Below, in pieces: positions 13,061 to 26,457 of a stretch of DNA of 64,000 nt. How positions within the stretch are numbered: position 1 is the stretch's first letter; each line of letters begins with the position of its first letter. Under the pieces are notes generated by a model. The model ran no database searches and was not told the origin of the DNA. It was given only the letters and a program-made list of their open reading frames with translations. This DNA comes from Sphyrna mokarran (lineage: Eukaryota): NCBI GenBank assembly GCA_024679065.1, contig JAGIQG010000010.1, forward strand, positions 82,646,001 through 82,710,000. The letters are read 5' to 3'. Made by a program: the position numbers and the translations under genes.

Positions 13061-14764
13061 GATTCTACATATTACTGTGGGACTGGAGAAGCAGGTCTCC
13101 CAATGAAATATCTCTGCCCCTTCAGTCCAAACGTTTTTCACTGTTTGCAGTTACCTGAAGCACTTACCTGTTAGCAGGGCACCATTTCTATGGTTCATGG
13201 TGAAAGTTTCCTGGTATTCTTGTCCTGACCTTTAACACAAGACTCACTGTCACTCTCACAGATTCGAGGGCAGTTGATTGGGGGGGCATTGAGGTCGGGG
13301 AATTTAAATGACCAAGGTCTCATGTCAGTGAGTCAAGCTGAACACGCCAATCATCCCACCAGCGACGTAGTCACTCTGAGGTAAAACTTGGCTATAAAGA
13401 ATGACCAGTAAGGATCTACTCCAGATTGAATACCTTCTTCAGTAGAGGTGGGGGAAGACTGGCAAGGAATCAAAAACTTTTCCTAGAATCATCTGAAACA
13501 ACATATCTTAAATCAGTTGATCCAGGGATAGATTATCTACAGTTTTCAGAAGTGCTGGAAAATGAAAGTAAAAGCAGAACCGTTAAAAACGCTCAGCAAT
13601 CAGATAGTGTCTCTGTGTAGACGGGAATGCAGACTTGATCTTTCAGTTTTTTTTGGAAAATTGTAGTTTCCTTTGCCTTTTCTCTCAGATTTTCACACAT
13701 AACCACACAAATCTGTCATAGTCAGATCACTTGTTTTCTTCCAATTCTGTAAATTTTCAGAGTCAACAAGGACATTAATTGTTTAAAAATCGTGACATGT
13801 TCCAAAATAAACACAATAACAAAAAAGATATTAACTATTACAAAATCCATCCCTCCCCCACACCAACTCTCCCTGCCCATTTTTGGTCTGAAATCGTCTG
13901 TCTCAACTTTTGATACCAATGGCACATAACAACTTCAGTACCATTTCTGTAAATGTGGAAGACGTTTAAATCTCTAAACTATAGTACAAGCTCACAATGA
14001 TATTGGTTGCTGTGGGATCCATAAATTAGGCTCCAGGTGCCCAGCTCAACTTTGGAATGGATGACCAGACCACACCTCTGTATATACTAACAATGCTCTT
14101 AGGGCTATTTCTTTATATACTTTCTTGACCCTGACCCTTGGCATATAGACCAATGCTTTAAATCAGGCCATATGATTGGATTACTAACCCCATTATGGTT
14201 ACCCAGTACCAGTTCCACTTGGTCATATTTTGTCCTTGGTCAAGAATGTGGGGAATTGTCTCCAGGTGCTTGCTAATATGAGTTTGATGACTGTATCTTG
14301 GAGCAGGAGGAGTCCTGCTGACGAAGAGTCCTTGGCAAATCACCATCTCCGTTACCTGCCCTGTCTTATCCATTGCTTATCTGTTTAGTTGAAATTTTCT
14401 TTATTTTAAAAATTCAACATGAGCCTCAGTGATGGCTTTGGTCTAAAATCCTTCTCTATAACTCTGTCTTCACACCAGCATGAGACAAAATCTCCCCAAA
14501 GGATTTCACCTCAATCAGCTTACATTCATCAACATAAAGGAAGTAAAATCACAAGCATAATCAAAAACAATGAATGCAACACAATCTCAATAATGCATGA
14601 GCCTCTTCAATCTTCAAATCAGCAATTCAAGCCCCCCAAGAACTCTTTAAATATTTCACAAAACAAAATGTATTTCAACATATTGAACGCTGAGTTAATA
14701 ATTTTTAAAAATATGTTTAATCTGATCAACTAACAAGTGAAAAAGTAAACACTTCCATACAAGG

Positions 14765-15488
14765 ACTAGGATTACAGGGTCAATGGCAGGATTCTGAGGA
14801 ATGTGGAGGAACACCGAGATCTTGGGGTTCATTTTCACATATCTCTGATAGATAGAGCCATGAAGAAGGCTTGTAGTGTGTTAGTGTTTATTAACAGGGG
14901 GTTTGAGTTTAAGAGCCATGAGGTTATGCTGCAACTATACATGACCTTGGTGAGACTACATGTGGAATATTGTGTGCAGATCTGGTCACTTCACTATAAG
15001 AAGGATGTGGAAGCATTGGAGAGAGTGCAGAGGAGATTTACCAGAATGCTGCCTGGTTTGGAGGGTAGATCTTATGAGGAAAGGTTGAGGGAGCTGGGGC
15101 TTTTCTCTTTAGAATGGAAGAGGATGAGGGGGTGACTTAATAGAAGTTTATAAGATGATGAGGGGGAAAGAATGGACATTCAGAGACTATTTCCTCAGGT
15201 GGATGTAGCTGTTCCTAGGGGGCATAACTATAAGATTCATGGTGGGAGATATAGGAGGGATATCTGAGGTAGATTCTTTACTCAAAGAGTGATTGGGATG
15301 TGGAATGCACTTCCTGCCATGATAATGGAGTTGGACATGTTAGGAACTTTCAAGTGGTTATTGGAAAGGCACATGGAGCACACCAGAATGACAGGGAGTG
15401 GAATAGCTTGATCTTGGGCTCAGACATAGCTTGGCACAACATTGAGAGCTGAAGGGCCTGTATGAGGTGTACTGTTCTATGTTCTATG
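14765..15488 (+). mobile_element. CR1/HER1 LINE 3' fragment
   Basis: ORF 14803-15135 RDLGV...LYMTLVRLHVEYCVQIWS...ERVQRRFTRMLPGL. (gttctat)n tail. Confidence 0.95.
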
Positions 15489-15666
15489 GCTATAAGAAAG
15501 CATCTATAAGAGTGATAAGGCCTTTTATAGTTTGGAATTTACTATAGTTAACATCATTGACTAAGAACGGAGTAGGTTGTTTGGAAATTCCTTTATCTAT
15601 TTTCCTTTCAACAGCAATGTTAACCTAGAGATACCAAGCGGCATTTGACTGGCATAAATGAATGGA

Positions 15667-16028
15667 GTAAGAAGTCTGACAACACGAGGTTTAAGTCCAA
15701 CCAATTTGTTTGATAGCAAACTCACAAGCTTTCGAGGTTCTCCTCTTCGTCGGGTGAATGAGGTGTTCACCTGTCAAACTCGACAGAGGAATTCTTATTC
15801 CTCAGATAGGAAATCCTATTGTCAGTGCAACTATATTGCAAACAAGCATCAGGAGTTAATTTGGTTTGATTCCATAGCAATTTAAACTAAATCCTTCTCA
15901 TTCACCTGAATAAGAGGAGAACCTCAAAAGCTTGTGAGTTTACTATCAAATAAATCGGTTGGATTTAAACTTGGTGTTGTCAGAGTTCTTACTGTGTTTA
16001 CCCCAGTCCAACACCGGCATCTCTACAT
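15667..16028. mobile_element. Palindromic PLE-end insertion with captured flanking DNA
   Basis: Inverted arms ~15667-15760 and ~15900-15992, tail to 16028. Exact TSD cataaatgaatgga at 15653-15666 and 16029-16042. Confidence 0.92.
15722..15757 (-). ncRNA. Minimal hammerhead ribozyme motif (one core substitution)
   Basis: Minus strand reads TCAC-CCGACGA-A-GAGG.AGAA.CCTC-GAAA-GCT-T-GTGA: stem I TCAC/GTGA, perfect stem II, palindromic AGCT stem III, U4>C in the core. Confidence 0.75.
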
Positions 16029-16338
16029 CATAAATGAATGGATCAAGGAATATCATCAGAAGAATTTAGTTCACCCTCTAACACCAGAAACAAATACCAG
16101 ATTTAACTCTTTATAAAGTTTCCAAAAAAGAGCTTAAACCTCAGTAGAGATAATTATAATTTTGGCTGATAGCTTAAATTGCGATGGAATCAAACCAAAT
16201 TAACTCCTGATAGTTGTTTGCAATATAGTTGCATTGACAATAGGATTTCCTATCTGAGGGATAAGAATTCCTCTGTCGACTTTGTATTGCGGCATTGTAA
16301 ACATTTTTTTCTAAAAGATTTCACTCAATATGCCAAGT

Positions 16339-16800
16339 TTGATTTGATTTGATTTATTATTGTCACATATGTTGGTATGCAGTAAAAGGTATTGTTTCTT
16401 GCACACTATACAGACAAAACATGCTATTCATAGAGAAGGAAAGGAGAGAATGCAGAATGTAATGTTACAGTCATTGCAAGAGTGTAGAGAAACATCAATT
16501 TAATGTGGGGTAAATTCATTCAAAAATCTGATGGCAGTAGGGAAGAAGTTGTTCTTGACCAGTTGGTACGTGTCCTCAGACATTTGCAATATTTTTCCTG
16601 GCAGAACAAGGTGGAAGTGAGAAAGTCTGGCATGTGTGGGATCCTTAATTATGCTGGCTGTTTTTCTGAGGTAGCGGGAAATGTAGACAGTGTCAATGGA
16701 TGGAAGGCTGATTTGCATAATAGATTGTCTTCATTTACAACCTTTTGTGGGTTCTTGATGTGTTGGATAGAACAAGTACTAAACCAAATTATGATACCAA
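16339..16800 (-). mobile_element. Rex1/Babar-type LINE 3' end
   Basis: ORF 16500-16718 LPSIDTVY...IIKDPTH...LFP-like motif...KNNFFPTAIR. (aaatc)n tail. Confidence 0.8.
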
Positions 16801-17216
16801 GTGAAATTGTAAACATATTCTTTTAGGATCTGTTCATATTCTTTATAATTGTGAATGCTTATATATGTTTAATCTATTTATTTCAGTATACAATTCCACA
16901 TCTCTGACCTCTCTTCATGCATAAAATGTGGAAATGCTTTTAAATTTACTTCTATGGGGAAAATGCCAGATGTGAGTAAACTAATTTTGCACTTTTTTAT
17001 AAAATATGTGTAAAAGAGGCAATATCTTCAGGGTACTGGAGCAACCTTGTGCTTTTTTTTGTTTTGTAACATTTGCCATTTGTGTGATTTGCTGATTGAG
17101 ATGATTGTAGATTGTCTGAATTACTATGAATCCTAATAGTGAATGTGGGAAAGTCCTTCAAGCTCACAGGTCCAGCATCCATGTCAATGGCAATGGGCCA
17201 GTATTTACAAAAGAGT

Positions 17217-17535
17217 TCATAGAATCCCTACAGTGCAGAAGAAGGCCATTGGGCCTATCTAGCCTGCACTAACAACAATCCTACCCAGGCCCCATCCCAT
17301 AGCCCCATGTCTTTACCCTGCTAATCCCCCTGATACTAAGGGGCAATTTATCATGTCCAATCAACCTAACCCACACATCTTTGGATGTGTGGGGGGAGAC
17401 CGAAGTACTCAGGGAAAATTCACAGAGAGACAGGGAGAATGTGTAAACCGCATATAGCCACCTGAAGTTGGAATTGAACCTGAGTCTCTGGCACAGTGAA
17501 ACAGCAGTGCTAACCACTGTGCCACTATGCCATTC
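17217..17535 (-). mobile_element. HE1 SINE
   Basis: Head tggcacagtggttagcactgctg and tail ctgcactgtagggattctatg. Confidence 0.9.
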
Positions 17536-18315
17536 TAGTTTTGGGAAATTTGAATGATTACATTATTTTAACGATGGCTAAACAGAAAAACCTAGCAATG
17601 AACTGGATCTAATAAATATTACCTCATTCATGAACAAAACAGCACAAACTATTATCCTTAAATGTTGCTGGGGCAAATTTCTTCATGAGATCAAAACCAA
17701 TGTTTTGACATTATTTAGTAGTAACAAAAATAAAAGAACTTGCTGAAGTTGACTTATTTTTAAGTTGCATGGAAGCGGTGGTCATATCAAAAATCGCATG
17801 CAATTAGAACATACTTACTGTCAATCTATACTTCAAAAGACCAAAATGATTTACAGCCAAGCTTTCCTCCATTTAATAAATTTATTCCCACAGGCAAAGT
17901 TTATTAAATCAGAGACTTCATGGAAAAATGGGCACGTTGCATCTGCTAACATTTCTGCAGGCAATGACTTGCCCAGTGATATCCATAACTGAGTATTTAT
18001 TTTGTGAATTCAAGTGTGAGAGCTCTCTTTATTGGTAACACTCCAGGTGCTGAGTTGCCAGGTTACAAGTTCAAGATCTTAGTCCAGGGGCTTGAGCATA
18101 TAACCCGACTGACATTTCAACGCAGCATTGAGTGTTGTCTTGCTGGAGATGCTCGGGACAATTTTCTGCTTCAATGTCTGGTTAGATAGCCCAGAATGTA
18201 TCTAATTCAACAACGTGGGTGATGACTTAGTGATGGCAACTTTAATAATTAGCTCTGGGTCTTTCTAATGAGATGGAAAAAACTGAGGATGCATCTGCTT
18301 GTTCCTGTGGAATTA

Positions 18316-18700
18316 AATTTTTAAATTCATTTTGTAGAATGTGATCATCGTTGGCTGGGTCAGCATTTATTGCCTGCCCTTTTCAGAAGGTATTTGGGAG
18401 TCAACCATATTGTTGTGGCTCTGGAGTCACATATCTTCAACACTCCGATGAAGTTACTGTGAAAATCCCCTAGTCACCACATTCACCACAGATTGTCTTC
18501 CCTAAAGGACACGAGCAAACCAGATGGGTTTTATCACACAATGATTTCATGGTCATCAGTAGATTTTTAATCCGAGATATTTCATAGAATTCACATTTCA
18601 CCATCTGCCATGGTGGGATTCGACCCTAGCTCCCCAAACCATTACCCTGGGTCACTGGATTACTAGTCCTGTGACAATACCACTACACCACTGTGCCCAC
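18316..18700 (-). mobile_element. tRNA-derived SINE with LINE-derived 3' end
   Basis: cagcatttattgcc...gagtcaaccatattg...ggattcgaccctag...ggattactagtcctgtgacaataccact. Confidence 0.8.
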
Positions 18701-19339
18701 CAACCTCCCTCCCCACCACCCACCCCCCACCCCCATCCCCCGCCACCTTAATGGAAAGAAGAATAGACTATTCCTCAATGAAAATAATCAGAAATAGATT
18801 AGCCAACCATTCATCTCATATGCTCTTTGAGACTCTTGCTGTGCACAAGTTGGCAGCAAGGGACTAAACTAAGAAATAATTAATTTGCTGTGAAGTTCTT
18901 TGTGTTATACTGAGAACATGACTGAAGTATTTAATACATTAAATTATATTGTTTTTACTCTGGGAATTTGAAACCAAATTTGATTCAATATTCTAGACTC
19001 CTTTTGACAATTTTATTTAGATTTTGACTTAACTTTCCTTTTTTTGAGGGATGGGCAGAGGCGATTGGCTGATGCTTGCCAGGATGTCCAGTATTGTACT
19101 CAACTGGTCAATTTTCATGAATGAGTAATGATTGGTTGGCTGTGTGATCCTGTTGCAACCTAATGGCCACAGTAAGGAACTTTCCAGCTAAGGTCCTGGG
19201 ACAGGGAGTCAGAGGAAAATAACTCAAAGTCCTGGATGACTTTCTCCTTTCTAATTGAAGCACATTCAGGCCAATTATAACAACTCCACTGTTATCAATT
19301 GACAGTGTAGCCTCAACACAAGAAATGTCAACACTACTT

Positions 19340-19618
19340 ATTTATTTTTATTTGTTAGTGACACAAGTAGGTTTACATTAACACTGCGATGAAATTACTG
19401 TGAAAACCCCCTAGTCACCACTCTCCAGCACCTGTTCATGTACACTGAGGGAGCATTTAGCATGGCCAATAGACTGGGGATGGAATTCAGACAACTCAGA
19501 AGAAACCCACGCAGACACAGGGAGAATATGCAGACTCCACACAGATAGTGACTGGAGCCAAGAATCGAACCCCGTTCTCTAGCACTGAAAGATTGCAGTG
19601 CTAACCATTGCGCCACTG
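19340..19618 (-). mobile_element. HE1/V-SINE with alternative 3' tail
   Basis: Same head and tail as 8724-8975. Confidence 0.85.
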
Positions 19619-19734
19619 GCTGTTAGGTTTAGAGACTGCTTCTTACTGACTATGCTATTGGGGTGAGGCTCAAATCTGACTTTCTTATCACTACTTGATT
19701 TTAACTGTTATGGAAGGTTAACTATAAGTATTAT

Positions 19735-20005
19735 GTGGACTGAGAACCTTTTTCCTTGAATGGAGATGGCTAGTATGAGGGGGCATAGCTTTAAATTGAG
19801 GGGTGATAGATATAGGAAAGATGTCAGAGGTAGGTTCTTTATTCAGAGAGTAGTAAAGGCGTGGAATGTCCTATCTGCAACAGTAGTGGACTTGCCAACA
19901 TTAAGAGCATTTAAATGGCCATTGGATAAATATATGGAATGTATTGGAGTAGTGTAGGTTAGATGGGCTTTAGATTGGTTTCAGTGCAACATGTTCTATG
20001 TTCTA
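19735..20005 (+). mobile_element. CR1/HER1 LINE 3' fragment
   Basis: ORF RGHSFKLRGDRYRKDVRGRFFIQRVVKAWN and gttctat tail. Confidence 0.93.
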
Positions 20006-21064
20006 TAGATGCAAAAACTGTGGAAATTCTCTAATAAAGTTTTGGAGGGACAAGGAAAAGGGACAAAGAGTATATATAAATATTTTAATGCTAACAGGCT
20101 GCAGAAAAATGTCATCGTCAGATCATCCTTTGCACAATAAATGGACTCCTGTGGCTTCACTGGAAGCTTTATTGACCACAACTTCCAACATTGAGTGAAG
20201 TCCAACAAAGGAGCCGTGGAACTGTTATTCTTCTGAGTAAAAAAATACGGTAATAAACATTTCCATCAGGGAAAAGGAATAATAAAAATCAAATTTACTA
20301 TTCAAAATAGCTGTCATTCTGACAGTGCAATGACGATTCAGGTGATCTCTATTGTACTTCACCGTGTAAAGATTATTTTAGAAATTGTTAAGTGGCTTCA
20401 TGCGAGGGCAATTGAACCGGTTAATATTCCCAACTGATTACAATAGAATGTATTCATGGAGCCCTGTAAACGCTGGCTCTTGTCTTAAATATCGTAAGAA
20501 GGGAATGTATTGGTCCATCCAAAAATCCTCCCTAGTTGGTGGCACCCATTCCCATCCATGACTCAATTGCCTTGTTCATATTGAAGAAAGACGTATGTTT
20601 AGCCATAAGACCTGTTAAGGTTAAACCATAAAGATGAGCGAGCAATTGTCTCTTTAAATAATTTTGTTCTTTTAGGAAACATTTTTATTTTTGAAATCAT
20701 ACCAAGCATGAGTTAGGTTTTTGCCATGGCTTTGGCATGGGAGGTAACTGCTGCCTTTAACAGATGTTATTCCATTTTTGTGTGTTTGCAAATCAAATCA
20801 ACATTTATTCATGTGTAATGCTATTTATTACAAGTCACAACTGTTCTATTTATTATTATGCTCACAAGGCAATTAATTGGAAAGAACGCATGACTCAAAC
20901 TTGTGTTGGCATAAAACTTAAGCTACATTGAAAACTTATCTCGCAATATAACCGGCCACTTGTATTCCTTTTCTCAGTGGGATCTGCACAGTAGTGACCA
21001 TGACAAAGCCAGTAGCACCACCACCAAAAAAAATGGACACTGACATAAAGAAGGAGGTATTTTA

Positions 21065-21510
21065 CGATGATGTTTCCTGGAATGGAGGGTTTTAGCTATG
21101 AGGAGAGATTGAATAAACTGCAGTTTGTTCTCCAGAAAGATGAAGGTCAAGGGGTGACCTGATAGAAATTTATGAAATTATGATGTGTTCTAGATAGGGT
21201 GAACAGTGGGAAGCTTTCTCCCAGGGCAGAAATGACAATTACAAGGAGTCACAAGTTCAAGGTAAGGGAGGAAATGTTCATGATGATGTGTGGGAGACGT
21301 TTTTTACACAGAGGGTAGTGGGAACCTGGAACGCACTGCCAAGTGAGGTAGTTGAAGCAGATATATTAGCAACATTTAAGACTTATCTGGATAGACAGAT
21401 GGGGAATAGAGGGATATAAGCAATTAGTCTGAATAGGACAATGTGATCAACACAGGCTTGGAAGCCAAGGGCCTGTTCCTGTGCTATACTGTCCTTTGTT
21501 CTTCGTTTGT
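21065..21510 (+). mobile_element. CR1 LINE 3' fragment
   Basis: gctatgaggagagattgaataaactg...ttttacacagagggtagtgggaacctggaacgcactgcc. Confidence 0.9.
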
Positions 21511-21707
21511 TCTATTTGGAGTGGGGACCAACAACTTAGTCAAATGGATGGGGTTAAGGAATGTTTGAAAGGAAAGGAAAGGGTGGTGGAGAGGGAAAAT
21601 TGGTTTTATGAGGGAATTCCGTGTTAAATTAGAAAAACATATTCAGCCTTTGTAGATGCATCAGCGCGGATGCACTAACTTCTTCTGGCAACTTCAACAG
21701 TGACCGT

Positions 21708-21835
21708 GGGTGGGACTTTCCAGCCGTGCATGCCCTGAAACCGGAAAATCCCACCCAGGATTATTGGACCTCTCCAAGGTACACCCTACACTTGCTATGA
21801 TTTCCGTGGCAAGCCGAATGGAAAAATTCACCCCT
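21708..21835. mobile_element. Small MITE-like element (Harbinger-type ends)
   Basis: Inverted repeat gggtgggactttcc / ggaaaatcccaccc. Related to ~43346-43490 and 48999-49138. Confidence 0.55.
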
Positions 21836-22264
21836 GTGTTTGTCAATGGCTTTGCCAAAGTTGCAAATTGCTGGCTCTCTAATTGAGTTGACAGCTTTTA
21901 GAGGCTTGTTGCCATCCTTATTTGGATAGCAGTCTTGTTGGCAGCTTCGTAATTGGTCATCACTGGTTAATCCTAACAGGCACCCCATTGTTTGCACATG
22001 TGGACTTAGGACCTGCTTTCAGCGCCAAGAGTGGAACTTAATTGCTTTTGAAAAACTCTGGCCTTTAACTTTGTTTATCTCTTTAATGATGCTGCCAAAC
22101 TTACTGAGTATTTCCAGCATTTGGTGTTTTTATTGTTGTTCAATTTTTCTGTGTTTGATCATATGAGCCTGTTTACTAATGATACTCACTGTGCTTGATT
22201 GGTTGAGGCTGGGTGTAGACTCAGCGAAAAGTAAACAGACAACAGTGAAGCTACGAGAAACACA

Positions 22265-23328
22265 AGGCCAGATTCTCCCCAGAAATTCTAAGTGATGAAT
22301 TCATGAGAGAACTGATGCAATTGCTTATTCAGTGGGAGTTCACACTGGAATCTCCTCATTCTGTGCAACGCAGAGGCCACAATCATGAATATCATTAAAA
22401 GCTTGGGGAGGGGTGGGGGCTATTCATGTCAGACTCTGACAGTTCTGGAGCTCTATGCATGTGCAGTGATCTCAATCTGTCAGTCTTCCAATTGTGGCCA
22501 GCTCAATTGCTGGCCAGCCCGGAACTCCCTCAGTATTGCCCCTCCCCCCTCAAACCACACCCCTCCCAGAGCCCAATGCTGGCCACAATGATCATTCCCA
22601 GACCAGCCCCAATAGCCCTCCCATCCCACCACATTCCGATCTCCAGTACCCTCCCCCAGCAATGACAATTTCCCCCCAACTCTCCAGCCTGGAAACTCTC
22701 CCCTCCACAGCAGATCCCCTGGAAGATCACTGCCCCCTCCCCAGCCTGCCCTGATCACTGGCCTCCCTCCAGCCTTGACTGATCCCTATGCAGAGTGGCA
22801 GCATGGCTGCCACCTTCCATCGATCGCCTCTAAGTCCTGCCCACAATATGCCCCACTCCCTTAGCACTGCCCGATACCCAGTGGACAGTGCCAAGGTTTC
22901 ACCTGGGCATGGGTACTTCTCCTGTTTGGTAGTACCAGGAGTGCAGGGTGGCACTGCCAGGGTACCCATGCCCAGGAGGCACCACCCTCGCCATCCAACC
23001 TCCCTGGGGACTCCAATTGCAATCTCTTCACTCTAACAGGGTGTCCTGCCAGTGAAATACTCCAGGCAGGGTGGGAGATACTATTGGGCCTGGAGAATTC
23101 CATTCCGGGCCTGACAATGATATTTAAATTACATTGAAAATAGATTAAAATCATTTTCCTGAACTTCCTGTTGGTTTCCAGCATGGTCTCGACCGCGCCT
23201 GCTCTCTGGCAGTGGGACATATGCATGCATCGGGAATGCATGCGCGAATCCCGTAAAATGGCCGACACACGAATCTCCCATAGTGATGTGCCAAAAAATT
23301 AATGTGCCGTGATGGGATAATCAGGCCC
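22265..23328. mobile_element. Non-autonomous PIF/Harbinger-type DNA transposon
   Basis: Imperfect TIRs ggccagattctccc / gggataatcaggccc. GC-rich interior with C-runs and repeated gtgcca/ggcact motifs. Confidence 0.65.
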
Positions 23329-23729
23329 ATGAAATTGACATTTTAAAGCATTGTGAATAAAATCAATTGCACATATAAAACTAGTGTAACCTTTGCATTG
23401 AACTAAACAATGTAAAATATACAGCACGTAGCACACTTTTTATATCAGCATGTCCTTGCACCCAAAATTTCCCCAGTGAAATCTGAATAAAAGTTGCATT
23501 CTATTGTTCTGTTCTGCATATTCCTCTTCATCTATTTTAGGAGGTTATCACTTGTACAATTCAGTGTTTGATAACGTTTTGAAATCTGTAAAAGAAACCA
23601 CATTTAAATATTTGACATGCAGTTCAGTCCTACCACAGAGGTCGTTCAAAAATTGATAAGGTAATAAGGTTCAGGGACAAAATAGATGACAGCAGGTTGT
23701 TTCTCAGGGAGTGATCATAATTAACTTAC

Positions 23730-23843
23730 CGCTGGGAATAACCGAATGTCCACTCCGTCAAGCAAAGAATGGATTAATAACTTTGGCTTATTTTTTGCTA
23801 TGGGTTTGAAATTGTGTTCCCTTATTCTCTCAGCATTTGCACA
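23730..23843 (-). other. Candidate exon or conserved element
   Basis: Acceptor tttctaaatgttctgttccacatgcag, 114 nt open in phase 0, donor GCG|GTAAGT. No recognised protein homology. Confidence 0.35.
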
Positions 23844-25284
23844 CTGCATGTGGAACAGAACATTTAGAAATTCATTTTCGCATCACTCGTGTGCATCAGC
23901 ATTGATTTCTCCATTGCATTTGTATGGGGGCGGGAGGGAGGAAGAGGACAAGGGAGACAGAATGTTTGTGCTATTCCACGTCACTACCCTCATTAACACA
24001 TACATTAGAGTCGTTCTGCAACAGTGCCCAGACTGCTTAAAAAATAGAAAGTTTGTTCATTCACATTCCACTAACCTGGTCTCCCAAAAAGAGTGGAGTA
24101 GGGGTTAAGAAGTAGAACAGAGGCAGAATGTTTCATTTCAACTCCTCCATTTATGACCAGAATATTTATGAATTAAGAAATACATTGCCTAGCCTATTCC
24201 CATTATTTACACATAGCTGTGCTGGTTGCAAGTATTATCTGCCTATCCTTGACCCATTGTCCTGGCAGTTCCCCAACTACCAGCAACGCTATTCTCTGGC
24301 ATGTCTCTGAGGCTGGGATAGACAGTGAGAGGTCCCTGATACCGGGTTGGATTGCAGGACTGGGACATTGTTGCCTGTCACTGGACAAAATTCTGCTCCA
24401 TTGGAGACCAAGAAGGACTCCAGAAATGTTCACTCAACCATAATCAAGATAAACATGCCTTTTTATGAGGAAGCACATTTGAAAGATAGAGGATGAAGAT
24501 CTGAAAAGTCCAATTTAATCACTTAAACATGCATTTAAATGGCTCATCCAAAATGTGGATCAGAACATTCTAATTCTGTTAACTAGTTGAAATGTTTGTG
24601 ATATAGCCATGTGGGTATGGGTGTTAACAAAATATCACCATCTGTTAAATTAATAAACACAGGCACTTGACACAATTGGAAACATATTTACTAAACTATT
24701 TTCTCAGTATGGAAAGGAGATTAAAATAGCAGCTAATAACTAACCCAGGTCTTTTCATTACATCTACCCAGTAGAGGAGAAAAAGAATATTAAACTGCCT
24801 ACTTAAACTCTGTTCAACAGTCAAAGAATTTTGAAGGGGCTGGATTGGCTTTTAGCCCCAGGTCCTCAGTTCAAAATGAACTGATGTGTTGAATGGTAAC
24901 TATCTGCCTGTTGTAAAAGCTCAAAGAGTCTCAATTTTATATTCAGTGGGCAAAGGTTCACAACAGAAATCTGTTCAATTTCTCCTCATTGCTAATACCT
25001 TTCATATCAAACAACACCCTGGTAAACTGTTTCCGAGAACTGTGTCATGGGATCGTTTATATCTACCTGAGAGGTAAGACTGATCCTTGACCTTAATATC
25101 TCATCCAAAAGATATCACCTAAGTCAATGCTGTATCACTCAGTCTGGGCGAGACCATTGTGCCCTAGTCTCCAGAGTGAGGCAAGAACCCATCATCTTCC
25201 AACGTAAAGGTGAAAGTGCCATAACTGAACCATCACTGACATTCAATCGACAAATCTGACAATAAATTTATATGCAACAATATC

Positions 25285-26235
25285 CATAATTGTGAACAAA
25301 CTGGGATTGTTCTCCCTGGAAAGACAGAGGGTGACCTGATAGAAATTTATAAAATTATGAGGGGTATAGGATAGGGTGAATAGTTGGAAGCATTTTCCCA
25401 GGATAGAAATGACAATGACAAGGAAGCACAAGTTGAAGATAAGGGATGAAAGGTTCAATGGAGTGAAGCAGGGCAATTTTTTTTATGCAGAGGGTGATGG
25501 GGGCCTGGAATGCATTGCCAAGTGAAGTGGTTGAGATAGATATATTAGTGACATTTAAGACTTATCTGGATAGACACATGAACAGTTGGGGTATAGAGAG
25601 ATATAAGTAGTTGGTCTAAATAGGAATAGGTATAGAATACAGAGTTGGGACATTTTTTTGAAGTTATACAAGACATTGGTAGGGCCACACTTGCTATTCT
25701 GGTCACCCTTATTATAGAAAGGATATTATCAAAATAAAAAGAGTGCAGAAAAATTTATTAGGATGCTACTGGGTTTTGATGAATTGAGTTATAAGGAGAG
25801 ATTGAATAGACTGTGACTTTTCTCTCTGGAGTGTATGAGGCTAAGGGGTGACCTTATAGAGGTCTATAAAATAGTGAGGGGCACAGGTTGATAGTCAATA
25901 TCTTTTCTCAAAGGTAGGGGATCTAAAACTAGAGAGCAAAAGTTTAAAGTGAGAAGGGAGAGATACAAAAGTATCCAGAAGGGCAATTTTTTCACACAGG
26001 GTGATGAGTGTCTGGAACAAACTGCCAGAGATAGTAGTAGAGACAGGTACAATTTTATCTTTTAAAAAGCAATTAGATAGTTACAGAGGTATAATGGGTA
26101 TGGGTAATTGGGATTAGCTTAGGGATTTTAAAAAAGGAGTGGACCAAAGGGCCTGTTTCTATGCTGTAATCTTTTATCATTCTGACACTAGGACAACATG
26201 ATCAGCGCAGACTTGGAGGGCCGAAAGGCTTGTTC
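25285..26235 (+). mobile_element. CR1 3' fragment (25285-25625 plus 26185-26235) with a second CR1 fragment (25625-26180) nested in it
   Basis: Two successive CR1 ORF2 C-terminal and 3'UTR segments. The outer 3'UTR resumes at taggacaacatgatcagcgcagacttggagggccgaa. Confidence 0.85.
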
Positions 26236-26457
26236 CTATGCTGTACTGTTCTTTGTAAGTATTACTCAACCCACATCTCAAGCAGATAATTCCATCAGTA
26301 TCACAGTTGTTGAGTGCAAATTGGCTGCCATTTTTCCTACAACAGTATTAAACTTCAAAAATATAGCTTTGAGATATCCTGAGGTGATGACAGGAATTAT
26401 AAAAATCCAAGCCAATCTCTCTCTTTACACAATAAAAGTGACAGCATTTCAGGAGTG

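Noticed and set aside
14318-14345. ctgacgaagagtc resembling a hammerhead core
   Set aside because: No closing stem II or GAAA box and no PLE terminus context.
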